A stretch of DNA of 32,000 nt from Stenotrophomonas phage vB_SmaS-DLP_6: sequence record KU682439.2. One strand, 5' to 3'. Of the stretch, positions 23,472 to 31,961 are shown in pieces. Each line of letters opens with the position of its first letter. Position 1 is the stretch's first letter. Under the pieces are notes generated by a model that worked only from the letters and a program-made list of their open reading frames with translations, did no database searches and was not told the origin of the DNA. A program made the translations under genes and the position numbers.

Positions 23472-26018
23472 ATGGCAGGCTATTTCTACACACATGTCAC
23501 GCAGAACCGCAATCAGCTGCTTCTGCGTGGCTACAAGAATGGTAAGCGCGTGCAGCGGAAGGTTGCTTACGCGCCGTATCTGTTCGTTCCGGACCGTTCC
23601 GGCAAGGGCGAGTACAAGTCGCTCATCGGAAAGCGGTCGCTTGCCAAGATGCAGTTCACGAGTATCGCTGATGCTCGTGAATTTGTTGAGCAGTACGAAG
23701 ACGTCAGTGGCTTCGAGTACCACGGTCTGACGCGCTGGCAGTATCTGTTCATGAACGACGAGTTCCCGGGCATGGTCGACTTCGACCTCGGAGCCGTCAA
23801 GACGAACTTCCTCGACATCGAGGTTGACTCTATCGGCGGCTTCCCGAACATCTCCAAGGCTGACAAGGAAATCACCGCGATCACGTTGTATGCTGGTGGC
23901 GTCTACTACGTCTTCGCGTGCTACGATTACACGGTCAAGGATACCGACGTTGAGTTCGTCCGTTGCGCCAACGAGCGCGACCTTCTGTTCCGCTTCCTGC
24001 AGGTCTGGCGCGAGAGCGATTGCGACAGCGTGACCGGCTGGAACGTGGAAGGCTTCGACTTGCCGTACATGTACACGCGCATTGAGCAGATCTGCGGCAA
24101 GGAAGCAGCCGACTCGCTGTCGCCGTGGGGAATCACGCGCAAGCGCAAGTACTTCGACAAGATGGGTCGTGAGAACGAAGCCGTTGTGTTGGAAGGCATC
24201 TCGACTCTCGACTACCTGCAGCTGTACCTCAAGTTCACGTACACGCGTCAGGAACAGTACACGCTCGACTACATCTCGAAGAGCGAGCTGGACGACAAGA
24301 AGGTTGACTACAAGGAGCTCGGATACGAGTCTCTGGCAGACCTGCAGGCGCGCAACTTCGACCTGTACCTGGACTACAACATTCACGACGTTCGACTGGT
24401 TGTCAAGCTCGATCAGAAGATGGGCTTCCTCAACCAGGCAATGACGATCTCGTACGACGCGAAGATCAACTTCGAGGATTCTGTGACGTCCGTGTTGCTG
24501 TGGGACATCATCATCCACAACTACCTGCTCGACCAGAACATCGTCGTGCCGAAGCAGAAGAACGGCAACAAGTCCGAAGCGATCGCAGGCGCATACGTCA
24601 AGCATCCGGAGATCGGCGTCTACGAATGGCTCATGTCGTTCGACTTGAACAGCCTGTATCCGCACTTGATCATGCAGTACAACATCAGCCCGGAGACGTT
24701 CATTCGTCGCGAGCTCGGCATCACGCCGGATACGGTGTTGGACAAGGAACGTTGGGCGAAGGGCTGGGGCGCTTACGCCAAGGAGCACAACGTTGCCATT
24801 GCAGGTAATGGTGCAATGTTCCGTCGCGACAAGCGTGGTGTGCTGCCAGAACTGATGCAGCGCTACTACGACGACCGCAAGAAGTACAAGAAGATGATGA
24901 TCGAGTCGCAGAAGAAGCTCGAAGCCGAGAAGGCTGGTGGCAAGGATGCGGCATTGATGGCGAAGTACGAGTCTGAGATCGTTCTGTACAACAACCTGCA
25001 GCTGGCGAAGAAGGTCTCGCTCAACTCGGCTTATGGTGCACTTTCCAACCAGTGGTTCCGCTTCTACAACGACGACATGGCTGAGGCTATCACGTTGTCG
25101 GGTCAGGTGTCGATCCGTTGGGCAGAGCGCGCGATGAACGAGTATCTGAACAAGCTGCTGTTCCGCGACAACCCGAAGCAGACGGCGAAGGACTTCGTCA
25201 TCGCGTCGGACACCGACTCCCTGTACGTGTCGATGGACTTGGTCGTCCAGCGCTTCATGAAGGACAAGACCACGGAGCAGAAGGTCGCGATGCTGGACAA
25301 GATCGCCGAAGAGAAATTCCAGCCGTACATCGACAGCTTCTATCAGGAACTGTGTGACCACGTCAACGGTTTCGAGCAGAAGATGCAGATGAAGCGCGAA
25401 GCAATCGCCGAGCGTGGTATCTGGTCTGGTGCGAAGCGTTACATCATGCTGGTCTGGAACAACGAAGGCGTCCAGTTCAAGGAGCCGAAGTTCAAGATGA
25501 CCGGTATCGAAGCCGTTCGTGCATCGACTCCGACTGCTTGCCGTGACATGATCAAGAAGGGTGCGCGCATCATCATTGATCTGGACCAGGCAAAGCTGCA
25601 CAGCTTCATCGAAGAGTGCAAGAAGGAGTTCTACCAAGCGCCGGTCAAGGATGTGGCACGCAACAGTTCTGTCAAGGACATGAAGAAGTACCGCATCGGT
25701 GACAAGAGCGTGCCTTCGCACGTCATGGGATCCCTGGTGTACAACGACATGATCAAGCGCAACAACCTCGACGACAAGTATCCGTTGATCAAGGATGGCG
25801 ACCGTGTGAAGTTTGTGCGTCTCAAGATGCCAAACCCGACGCATCAGCAGTGGGTGGCGTTCCCGAATGCCTATCTACCTGCGGAACTTTCTCTGGAGAA
25901 GTTCGTCAATCGTGACGACCTTGCCGAAGTCGGTTTCCTGACACCGCTGAATACGATCGCATCCGCAGCAAACATGACTCTTGAGCAGATTGCAACGCTC
26001 GATAGTTTCTTTGCTTGA
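23472..26018 (+). CDS. 43: Family B DNA polymerase gp43
   Basis: FLDIEVD (exo I), SFDLNSLYPHLIMQYNISPET (motif A), KKVSLNSAYGALSNQWFRFY (motif B), and IASDTDSLYVSMD (motif C). Confidence 0.97.
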   Translation: MAGYFYTHVTQNRNQLLLRGYKNGKRVQRKVAYAPYLFVPDRSGKGEYKSLIGKRSLAKMQFTSIADAREFVEQYEDVSGFEYHGLTRWQYLFMNDEFPGMVDFDLGAVKTNFLDIEVDSIGGFPNISKADKEITAITLYAGGVYYVFACYDYTVKDTDVEFVRCANERDLLFRFLQVWRESDCDSVTGWNVEGFDLPYMYTRIEQICGKEAADSLSPWGITRKRKYFDKMGRENEAVVLEGISTLDYLQLYLKFTYTRQEQYTLDYISKSELDDKKVDYKELGYESLADLQARNFDLYLDYNIHDVRLVVKLDQKMGFLNQAMTISYDAKINFEDSVTSVLLWDIIIHNYLLDQNIVVPKQKNGNKSEAIAGAYVKHPEIGVYEWLMSFDLNSLYPHLIMQYNISPETFIRRELGITPDTVLDKERWAKGWGAYAKEHNVAIAGNGAMFRRDKRGVLPELMQRYYDDRKKYKKMMIESQKKLEAEKAGGKDAALMAKYESEIVLYNNLQLAKKVSLNSAYGALSNQWFRFYNDDMAEAITLSGQVSIRWAERAMNEYLNKLLFRDNPKQTAKDFVIASDTDSLYVSMDLVVQRFMKDKTTEQKVAMLDKIAEEKFQPYIDSFYQELCDHVNGFEQKMQMKREAIAERGIWSGAKRYIMLVWNNEGVQFKEPKFKMTGIEAVRASTPTACRDMIKKGARIIIDLDQAKLHSFIEECKKEFYQAPVKDVARNSSVKDMKKYRIGDKSVPSHVMGSLVYNDMIKRNNLDDKYPLIKDGDRVKFVRLKMPNPTHQQWVAFPNAYLPAELSLEKFVNRDDLAEVGFLTPLNTIASAANMTLEQIATLDSFFA

Positions 26019-26033
26019 CATATCACGTATACT
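26006..26033 (+). promoter_or_regulatory. Putative promoter upstream of uvsX
   Basis: TTTCTT (26006-26011), 16-nt spacer, TATACT (26028-26033). Confidence 0.35.
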
Positions 26034-26056
26034 AGAGACATACACTGGAGACACAA

Positions 26057-27151
26057 ATGGCAATCAACAAATCACTACTCGATCGCGTCAAGAAGGCGTC
26101 GACGATCAAGGAGTCTGAGATCCTCGCAGATTCCAAGTTCTTCTCCGCGAAGGACCTCGTCACGACCCCAATCCCGATGCTCAATGCTGCCCAGTCGGGC
26201 GCATTGGATGGCGGGTTTGCAAGCGGCTTGACCGTTTGGGCAGGTCCATCCAAGCACTTCAAGACCAACTTCCTGTTGGCAAACCTCGCGGCGTATCTCG
26301 AGAAGTATCCGGATTCGATCGCAATCTTCTACGACTCCGAGTTCGGTACTCCGCAGGGCTACTTCAAGTCCTTCGGCATCGATACCAACCGCATCCTGCA
26401 CGTGCCGATCACCGACGTCGAACAGCTCAAGTTCGATATCATGCAGCAGCTGCAGGAAATCAAGCGCGGCGACCGAGTGTTCATCGCGATTGACTCCATC
26501 GGCAACCTGGCTTCCAAGAAGGAAGTCGAGGACGCGCTGGAAGGCTCGTCGAAGGCAGACATGACTCGTGCGAAGCAGCTGAAGAGCCTGTTCCGCATGA
26601 TCACACCGTACTTCACGATCAAGGACATTCCTTGCCACGTCGTCAACCACACGTACATGACCCAGGAGATGTACTCCAAGGCTGTCGTGTCCGGTGGTAC
26701 CGGCATCTACTACTCCGCTGACAACATCTACATCATCGGTCGTCAGCAGGACAAGGATGGTACGGAACTGCTCGGCTACAACTTCATCATCAACGTGGAG
26801 AAGAGCCGTTACGTCAAGGAGAAGTCCAAGATTCCGATCTGCGTCTCGTTCGATCGCGGTATCTCGAAGTGGTCCGGTCTGCTTGATCTGGCTCTCGAGT
26901 TCGGCATCGTCACCAAGCCGAAGCTTGGCTGGTACACCCGCCCGGGAATCGAAGGCGACAAGAACTGGCGCATCAAGGATACGGACTCGAAGGAGTTCTG
27001 GATTCCGATCCTCACCAAGACGACCTTCAAGGATCAGGTTCGCGATCACTTCCAGCTGTCGACCAGCGAGATGATTGCGCGCGATGAGGAGCTTTCCATT
27101 GATGTGCCCGAAGCGTATGATGACGAGGACGCTGACGCCGGAGAAGCATAA
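26057..27151 (+). CDS. uvsX: UvsX RecA-like recombinase
   Basis: GLTVWAGPSKHFKTNFLL Walker A region, SIAIFYDSEFGTPQGYF, and FIAIDSIGNLASKKEVEDA. Confidence 0.95.
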   Translation: MAINKSLLDRVKKASTIKESEILADSKFFSAKDLVTTPIPMLNAAQSGALDGGFASGLTVWAGPSKHFKTNFLLANLAAYLEKYPDSIAIFYDSEFGTPQGYFKSFGIDTNRILHVPITDVEQLKFDIMQQLQEIKRGDRVFIAIDSIGNLASKKEVEDALEGSSKADMTRAKQLKSLFRMITPYFTIKDIPCHVVNHTYMTQEMYSKAVVSGGTGIYYSADNIYIIGRQQDKDGTELLGYNFIINVEKSRYVKEKSKIPICVSFDRGISKWSGLLDLALEFGIVTKPKLGWYTRPGIEGDKNWRIKDTDSKEFWIPILTKTTFKDQVRDHFQLSTSEMIARDEELSIDVPEAYDDEDADAGEA

Positions 27152-28578
27152 TGATTGAGCAGAACATCCTCAATGGAGTTCTGTACAACGAGGAGTACGC
27201 TCGATGCGTACTCCCGTTTTTGAACCTGACGTATTTCCGCGACGACGGTCAACGAACTGTCGTAGGTCTCATCCAGAACTACATCGAGAAGTACAACAAG
27301 ACGCCATCAGTCGAGGCGCTTGCGATTGACCTGTCGAACAAGGATGGGTTGTCGCAGAAGGCATTTGAGGCAGCGCGCGATGTGCTGTCTGATATCAAAC
27401 AACCAGAAGTAGACATTGAATGGCTCACCGATCAGACTGAGAAGTTCTGTAAGGACCGAGCCATCTACAATGCAATCCGTGACTCGATGTCGATCCTTGA
27501 CGACGAGAAGAGCACGGATGATCGCGGCAACATTCCAAAGCTTCTCCAAGACGCATTGGCTGTCAGCTTCGATACATCGGTCGGTCACGATTACTTGGAA
27601 GACGTTGAACACCGCTTCGACTTCTACCATCGTCGTGAAGAGCGTATCCCGTTTGACCTGCAATACTTCAACAAGATCACGAAGGGTGGTCTGCCACGTA
27701 AGACTCTGAACATCATTCTGGCTGGTACCGGTGTCGGTAAGTCTCTCGCGATGTGTCACTTCGCAGCGACGAACCTCATGCACGGCAAGAACGTGCTGTA
27801 CATCACGCTGGAAATGGCTGAAGAGAAGATCGCTCAGCGTATCGACGCCAACCTGCTCGACGTTTCTGTCGATGACTTGGAAGCGCTGCCGCGTGATGCG
27901 TTCGAGAAGAAGATCGCCCGCGTTCGCGAAAAGACGATGGGCAAGCTGGTCGTCAAGGAGTTCCCGACTTCGTCCGCACACGCTGGACACTTCCGTCATC
28001 TGCTCAACGAGCTGCGGATCAAGAAGAACTTCAAGCCCGACGTCATCTACATCGACTACCTGAACATCTGTGCATCTTCGCGTCTGAAGATGGGTTCTTC
28101 GGTCAACAGCTACACCTACATCAAGTCCATCGCGGAAGAGTTCCGTGGTCTGGCTGTAGAGTTCAACGTTCCGATCGTCAGCGCAACCCAGACTACTCGT
28201 GGTGGCTACGACAACAGCGACGTTGGTCTGACGGACACTTCCGAATCGTTCGGTCTGCCGGCTACCGCCGACATCATGTTCGCATTGATCAGCACGGAAG
28301 AGCTTGAAGAGCTCGGACAGTTGATGGTCAAGCAGCTTAAGAACCGATACAACGACCTCGCCCGAGACAAACGGTTTACCGTTGGCGTGGATCGATCCAA
28401 GTTCAGGCTGTACGACGTGGAGCAGAGCGCACAAGACGATTTGATGAGTGACACACAGTACGTGTCTTCGGCTCGCGGAAAGAAGCCGCCTGAAGACAAG
28501 CCCCTCAACAGCTTCGGTGAACGCGAACGTCAAAGTGCCGGTCAGAAGAAGCGCAACACGAGCTTCGACATGTCATGA
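27151..28578 (+). CDS. 41: Replicative helicase gp41 (DnaB-like)
   Basis: LNIILAGTGVGKSLAMCHFA Walker A, VLYITLEMAEEKIAQRIDANLL, and DVIYIDYLNIC Walker B. Follows uvsX as in T4. Confidence 0.94.
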   Translation: MIEQNILNGVLYNEEYARCVLPFLNLTYFRDDGQRTVVGLIQNYIEKYNKTPSVEALAIDLSNKDGLSQKAFEAARDVLSDIKQPEVDIEWLTDQTEKFCKDRAIYNAIRDSMSILDDEKSTDDRGNIPKLLQDALAVSFDTSVGHDYLEDVEHRFDFYHRREERIPFDLQYFNKITKGGLPRKTLNIILAGTGVGKSLAMCHFAATNLMHGKNVLYITLEMAEEKIAQRIDANLLDVSVDDLEALPRDAFEKKIARVREKTMGKLVVKEFPTSSAHAGHFRHLLNELRIKKNFKPDVIYIDYLNICASSRLKMGSSVNSYTYIKSIAEEFRGLAVEFNVPIVSATQTTRGGYDNSDVGLTDTSESFGLPATADIMFALISTEELEELGQLMVKQLKNRYNDLARDKRFTVGVDRSKFRLYDVEQSAQDDLMSDTQYVSSARGKKPPEDKPLNSFGERERQSAGQKKRNTSFDMS

Positions 28579-29099
28579 TCATAAAGACCTCGAATGTTCC
28601 AATCGATCTGCTCGACGTAACGCGGGATGCGGTGCAGTTCTACGTCGACACGTACTTCACGGCTCGCACCAAGAAGCGTATGGACACGATCACGATTGCC
28701 TTCCGCAAGTTCACAGGAGATGAGCTTGCGATGGCTTCTTGTGAGGACAACGAGGGGCGACTGCCAGTTGAGTTTCTTGTAGAGTTCAGTCAGAAGCACC
28801 GGGACATCCCGGTGCGCGAGTACCTAATCACGTTGTTCCACGAAATGACGCACATCCATCAGTACGCGACCGGTCGACTCAAGAACCGGCACCTCTACTG
28901 CATGTGGGAAGGCGAACGATGGGGCTACGAAGACAAGGACTATTGGGATTTGCCGTGGGAGCTGGAGGCGATGTCGATCGAAACCGGCGCTTACGTCAAA
29001 TTCTTTGAAGCCCGCCCCGCCTACGACCTTGGGCGGTGGAAGCCGACCTATTTGGGTCGAAAAGCCTCCGGCTGGGTGGCTGAACCGAAAGCCCTGTAA
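28575..29099 (+). CDS. Putative zinc metalloprotease-like protein
   Basis: REYLITLFHEMTHIHQYATGRL (HExxH), followed by WELEAMSIETG. The stop codon (29097-29099) is the first three bases of a cassette B repeat. Confidence 0.72.
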   Translation: MIIKTSNVPIDLLDVTRDAVQFYVDTYFTARTKKRMDTITIAFRKFTGDELAMASCEDNEGRLPVEFLVEFSQKHRDIPVREYLITLFHEMTHIHQYATGRLKNRHLYCMWEGERWGYEDKDYWDLPWELEAMSIETGAYVKFFEARPAYDLGRWKPTYLGRKASGWVAEPKAL

Positions 29100-29138
29100 A
29101 ATCAACGACTTACGATCCCTTTGAAATCAACGACTTAG
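29097..29138 (-). repeat. Cassette B repeat pair, inverted relative to cassette A
   Basis: Plus-strand sequences TAAAATCAACGACTTAC (29097-29113) and TGAAATCAACGACTTAG (29122-29138), starts 25 nt apart. Confidence 0.93.
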
Positions 29139-29163
29139 CCCCAGACCCCGTTCTGGGGCTTTT
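29137..29163 (+). terminator. Terminator in cassette B
   Basis: AGCCCCAGA-CCCCGT-TCTGGGGCT followed by TTT, a 9-bp stem. Confidence 0.85.
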
Positions 29164-29187
29164 CATTTCTGCCAGATCAGGTATACT
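29160..29187 (+). promoter_or_regulatory. Cassette B promoter
   Basis: TTTTCA (29160-29165), 16-nt spacer, TATACT (29182-29187). The -35 begins in the terminator T-run. Confidence 0.65.
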
Positions 29188-29216
29188 GGTGATACTGAGA
29201 GAACGGGAACTACCCA

Positions 29217-29387
29217 ATGATCTGGTTCGTCTACCTCGCCTTCTTCGCCATCGTCACCTCCTTCTTCTACGGGATCGGCGACCGTGGCATGTTCAAATTC
29301 AGCCTGGGCTTCACCGGTCTGTTCGTTGTCGGCTCGATCTTGATCGGCGTGACGAACTATATCCAGCTCGGTCGCGTTTTCCTGTAA
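29217..29387 (+). CDS. Small membrane protein (56 aa), absent from the track
   Basis: MIWFVYLAFFAIVTSFFYGIGDRGMFKFSLGFTGLFVVGSILIGVTNYIQLGRVFL, two hydrophobic segments, fills the gap from cassette B to the VWA gene. Confidence 0.72.
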   Translation: MIWFVYLAFFAIVTSFFYGIGDRGMFKFSLGFTGLFVVGSILIGVTNYIQLGRVFL

Positions 29388-29396
29388 GGATTCCAA

Positions 29397-31826
29397 ATGA
29401 AGAAGACCGCAACACTCAGCGCCCTCGCGCGCATGATGGCTGGTGAGAACATCTCGATCACGCACGATCCGCGTGCGACGACAGCGATGTTCGACCTGCG
29501 CCAACGCAAACTCACCCTTCCGATGTGGAAGGACATGTCGGACGATCTGTACGACCTGTTCCTTTCGCACGAGATCGGACACGCCCGCGAAACGCCGCTG
29601 GAAGGCTGGCACGGTTCGATCCACCGCCTCGGTCGTGGCTTCAAGGGCTATCTGAACGTCATCGAAGATGCACGCATCGAACGACTGGTGAAGGTCCGCT
29701 TCCCGGCGTTGTCGCGTATCTACGCGCGTGCCTACCAGGAACTGATGAACCGCGACTTCTTCGGCTTGAAGAAGCTCCACATCAACGTGGACGATCTCCC
29801 GTTGATCGACCGCATCAACATCCGCACAAAGTGCGGTCCGATCGTGCCAATCCGGTTCACTGCCGAAGAGCAGCGCTACCTGGACCGCGCAATGGCGACC
29901 GAAACCTTTGCCGAAGTCGAGCAGCTCGCAGAAGAGTTGTTCAATCTCGAGCGCGCAAAGAAGAAGCCGGGCGTCAAGAATGCGATGGATCAGCTGCAGG
30001 CGCTGCAGGACGTGCTCGAGAAGTTCCGCCAGCGCGGCACTGACGGCATGGAAGCCGAAGGCGGTGACGGCGAATACATCGAAGCCGAAGCTACCTCCGA
30101 TCAGCCGGAAGACGACTCGAAGGATGGTGACAAGCTCAGCGCGCGCGAAATGCTTGAGCGCGAGCCGGGTAGTTTGGAAGACATGACCGACGAAGATCGC
30201 GAGCAGATGTACTCCGACGCCGAGAAGCAGCTGGAAGCTGCTACGGAAGCGCTGAAGAACCGCCCGGACCGCGACAAGCGCTCTGCCGGCGAACACGACA
30301 ACGCGCACGACGAACTGGAAAGCACCACGTCCAACGACGACCTCAACGACTACAGCGAGCTGGAAGAGCGCCTGTTGGCGGCGCGACTCAAGCTGGAAGA
30401 AGAAGTTGCCAAGGCGCAGCGCGAGGGCTATTTCAAGGACGACGAAATCACAGCACAGACCGACGACGAATTCCGTGCCAACGAGGATTCGCTGTTGGAA
30501 GAGGAGGACATTCGCGTTCACCACTTCGGCGAAGACAACCAGATGTTGTTCTTCGATGACAACTACGAGCTGAACCGGTTCGTCGTTCCTGTCCGCACGC
30601 TGCAGCGCCGCCTGAATGCGGAGTTCAACGCCTACACCGCGACCAACAAGGGTCGCACCGAATTGCAGGGTCTGAAGGATTACCTGCGAGGCGAACAGAA
30701 GGTCATCAGCCAGCTGGCATCCGAGTTCGAGATGCGCAAGAACGCGGCACAGTACGCTCGCGCCGGGTCCGCCAAGACTGGCGAAATCAACATCAAGAAC
30801 ATCCACAAGGCGCGTTTCAGCGAAGACCTCTTCAAGCGCATGACCAAGATGCCGGACGGTAAGTCGCATGGCATGATCATGTACTTCGATCAGAGCGGTT
30901 CGATGGAAGACTGCTATGGTCGCACGCTGGAGCAGGTGATCACGCTGGTCGAGTTCTGCCGTCGCATGAGCATCCCGTATGCCGTGTACGGTTTCAACGA
31001 CAGCTCGCACTCGCGCGAGGCTTACCTGCCGGGCGGTTCCTACGCCTATCCGGTGAAGCCGACTCCGGGTCGCATCCAGATCTCCAACACGGCTTGCCAC
31101 CTGAAGGAATACTTCAACAGCAACCAGACTCCGGCTGAGCACAGCCGTTCGGTGGCAATTGCTTGGTGGTTGCGTCGTCGTGACAACCGCCCGCATCACG
31201 AGATGCTGCACGGTACGCCGATGAACCAGGCGATCCTGCTGTCTGGCAAGATGGTCAAGAACTTCCAGAAGGACACCAAGGTTGACATCGTCAACGTGCT
31301 GTTCCTGACGGACGGCGAAGCCGGTGACAACGTTGACGTGAACGCTTCCGGCTACGGCTGGAGCAAGGGCACGGCTCGCGTTGTGTACGGTGAGAAGATG
31401 TCTCCGATGTTCAAGCGTGACGTGTACAACAAGAAGACCGCGACTGCTGCTGTTGCGCGTCTGATGAGCGACACGACCGGTGCGAACTACCTGGGCGTCT
31501 ACATTCCGACCAGCCAGCAGCGCGGTATGAGTGCGATGCGCTCCTTCGCGTCCACGCTGTACGATCCGTCTAGCAAGCATCAGAAGCGCAAGCGCGCCTA
31601 CACGATGGCTCGCGACGGTTTCGTGACGACGGCGGGCTACGGCTTCGATGAGTTCTTCATCATCAAGCCGCTGAAGAGCGACGTCGACGCTGAGTTTGAT
31701 GACATCGGCGAGGGTGCGTCCACCAAGCAAATCTCGGACATCCTGACAAAGGTAGTCCAGGCTCGCACCAGTCGCGCCTTCCTGAGCGTTTTCGCGACCG
31801 CCATTTCAGCCCGCATTGTGGACTGA
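29397..31826 (+). CDS. Large VWA-domain protein with an HExxH motif, CobT-like architecture
   Basis: LFLSHEIGHARETPLEG and NVIEDARIERLV, acidic central region, then GMIMYFDQSGSMEDCYG (MIDAS DxSxS) and DIVNVLFLTDGEAGD. Confidence 0.82.
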   Translation: MKKTATLSALARMMAGENISITHDPRATTAMFDLRQRKLTLPMWKDMSDDLYDLFLSHEIGHARETPLEGWHGSIHRLGRGFKGYLNVIEDARIERLVKVRFPALSRIYARAYQELMNRDFFGLKKLHINVDDLPLIDRINIRTKCGPIVPIRFTAEEQRYLDRAMATETFAEVEQLAEELFNLERAKKKPGVKNAMDQLQALQDVLEKFRQRGTDGMEAEGGDGEYIEAEATSDQPEDDSKDGDKLSAREMLEREPGSLEDMTDEDREQMYSDAEKQLEAATEALKNRPDRDKRSAGEHDNAHDELESTTSNDDLNDYSELEERLLAARLKLEEEVAKAQREGYFKDDEITAQTDDEFRANEDSLLEEEDIRVHHFGEDNQMLFFDDNYELNRFVVPVRTLQRRLNAEFNAYTATNKGRTELQGLKDYLRGEQKVISQLASEFEMRKNAAQYARAGSAKTGEINIKNIHKARFSEDLFKRMTKMPDGKSHGMIMYFDQSGSMEDCYGRTLEQVITLVEFCRRMSIPYAVYGFNDSSHSREAYLPGGSYAYPVKPTPGRIQISNTACHLKEYFNSNQTPAEHSRSVAIAWWLRRRDNRPHHEMLHGTPMNQAILLSGKMVKNFQKDTKVDIVNVLFLTDGEAGDNVDVNASGYGWSKGTARVVYGEKMSPMFKRDVYNKKTATAAVARLMSDTTGANYLGVYIPTSQQRGMSAMRSFASTLYDPSSKHQKRKRAYTMARDGFVTTAGYGFDEFFIIKPLKSDVDAEFDDIGEGASTKQISDILTKVVQARTSRAFLSVFATAISARIVD

Positions 31827-31839
31827 GCCGAAACCCCTG

Positions 31840-31881
31840 TAAAATCAACCACTTAGCCGCCCTGTAAAATCAACGACTTAC
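31840..31881 (-). repeat. Cassette C repeat pair, same orientation as cassette B
   Basis: Plus-strand sequences TAAAATCAACCACTTAG (31840-31856) and TAAAATCAACGACTTAC (31865-31881), starts 25 nt apart. Confidence 0.95.
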
Positions 31882-31888
31882 GGGCGGC
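31856..31888. other. Inverted repeat enclosing the second cassette C repeat
   Basis: GCCGCCC (31856-31862) ... GGGCGGC (31882-31888), with the 17-bp repeat in the loop. Confidence 0.6.
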
Positions 31889-31902
31889 GACCCTTCTGGG
31901 GC

Positions 31903-31930
31903 TTTACTTGGCTGCCAGATCGGGTATAAT
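31903..31930 (+). promoter_or_regulatory. Cassette C promoter
   Basis: TTTACT (31903-31908), 16-nt spacer, TATAAT (31925-31930). Confidence 0.7.
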
Positions 31931-31961
31931 GGTTCCTATGATGACTGAACGGACTACGCCG

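Noticed and set aside
23289-25844. 851-aa minus-strand ORF opposite DNA polymerase, and similar long antisense ORFs at 29163-31730, 9461-10969, 27307-28533 and 26075-27049
   Set aside because: They lie exactly opposite highly conserved plus-strand genes, and their composition (runs of V, L, R, H, D) is what a codon-biased antisense frame gives. No recognisable motifs.
23472-26018. Intein or group I intron in the polymerase gene (common in phage gp43)
   Set aside because: The reading frame is continuous with uninterrupted motifs A, B and C, and there is no homing endonuclease motif.
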